Assembly: GCF_963676685.1 (NCBI RefSeq)
Contig: NC_092356.1
Location: 40,548,001 to 40,612,000 of the forward strand
Direction: 5' to 3'
Length of the DNA stretch: 64,000 bases
DNA from: Mytilus edulis
Taxonomy: Eukaryota
Shown piece by piece: positions 63,646 to 64,000 of this stretch; the first letter of the stretch is position 1; each line of letters begins with the position of its first letter. The notes beneath the pieces are model-generated. The model was given only the letters and a program-made list of their open reading frames with translations. It was not told the DNA's origin and searched no databases. The position numbers and the translations under genes are program-made.

Positions 63646-64000
63646 TTCACTCTCCATACCAATGCCAACAGTCATTATGTATATATCATAATAGTATCAT
63701 AATATTCTCTATGTATATCTCGGGATAATACAAACGCTACCCCCTTACTTTATTTATCAATCACCTCACTTCATATATTAATCACCACACTCTCTATATA
63801 TATCCCCAACTCTCTGTATCCGCCCCAATAGTCTCTCTGTATATCTCCACAAAATAAACACCTATCATCTTACTTTATTTATCAATCACCTCACTATATG
63901 TATCAATCACCACTCACACACTCTCTATATCTATCCCCCACTCTTTTCTGTATACCACAAAAGTCTCTCTGTATAACTCCACATAATAAACACCTATCAC

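Overview
AT-rich, repeat-dense animal genomic DNA. The repeat families suggest a bivalve mollusc, probably Mytilus-like (inference). Host genes: the last two coding exons of PEX2 (+ strand, 4157-4354 and 8502-8606). The most unusual content is an intact 369-aa UDP-galactopyranose mutase of the short bacterial Glf type, with no intron in its CDS (31226-32335, -). A disabled paralog (48414-49524, -) arose in an old local tandem duplication, and both copies keep a spliceosomal-type acceptor ~55 nt upstream of the ATG. Two young full-length retroelements are present. One is a BEL/Pao LTR element (14547-22562, -; 565-bp LTRs ~99% identical, ATCAT TSD) whose LTRs end in non-canonical TA...TA. The other is a Ngaro-type tyrosine-recombinase retrotransposon (37132-43625, +; A1-gag/RT/RH-YR-SGNH hydrolase-B1-A2-B2). 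The remainder is Penelope-like RT relics, two degenerate hammerhead-ribozyme motifs, nested Helentron/HINE-type and hAT-type non-autonomous elements, a LINE 3' fragment, and tandem arrays (30, 58, ~21, 163, 41 bp). All calls come from reading the sequence by eye; no database search was run.
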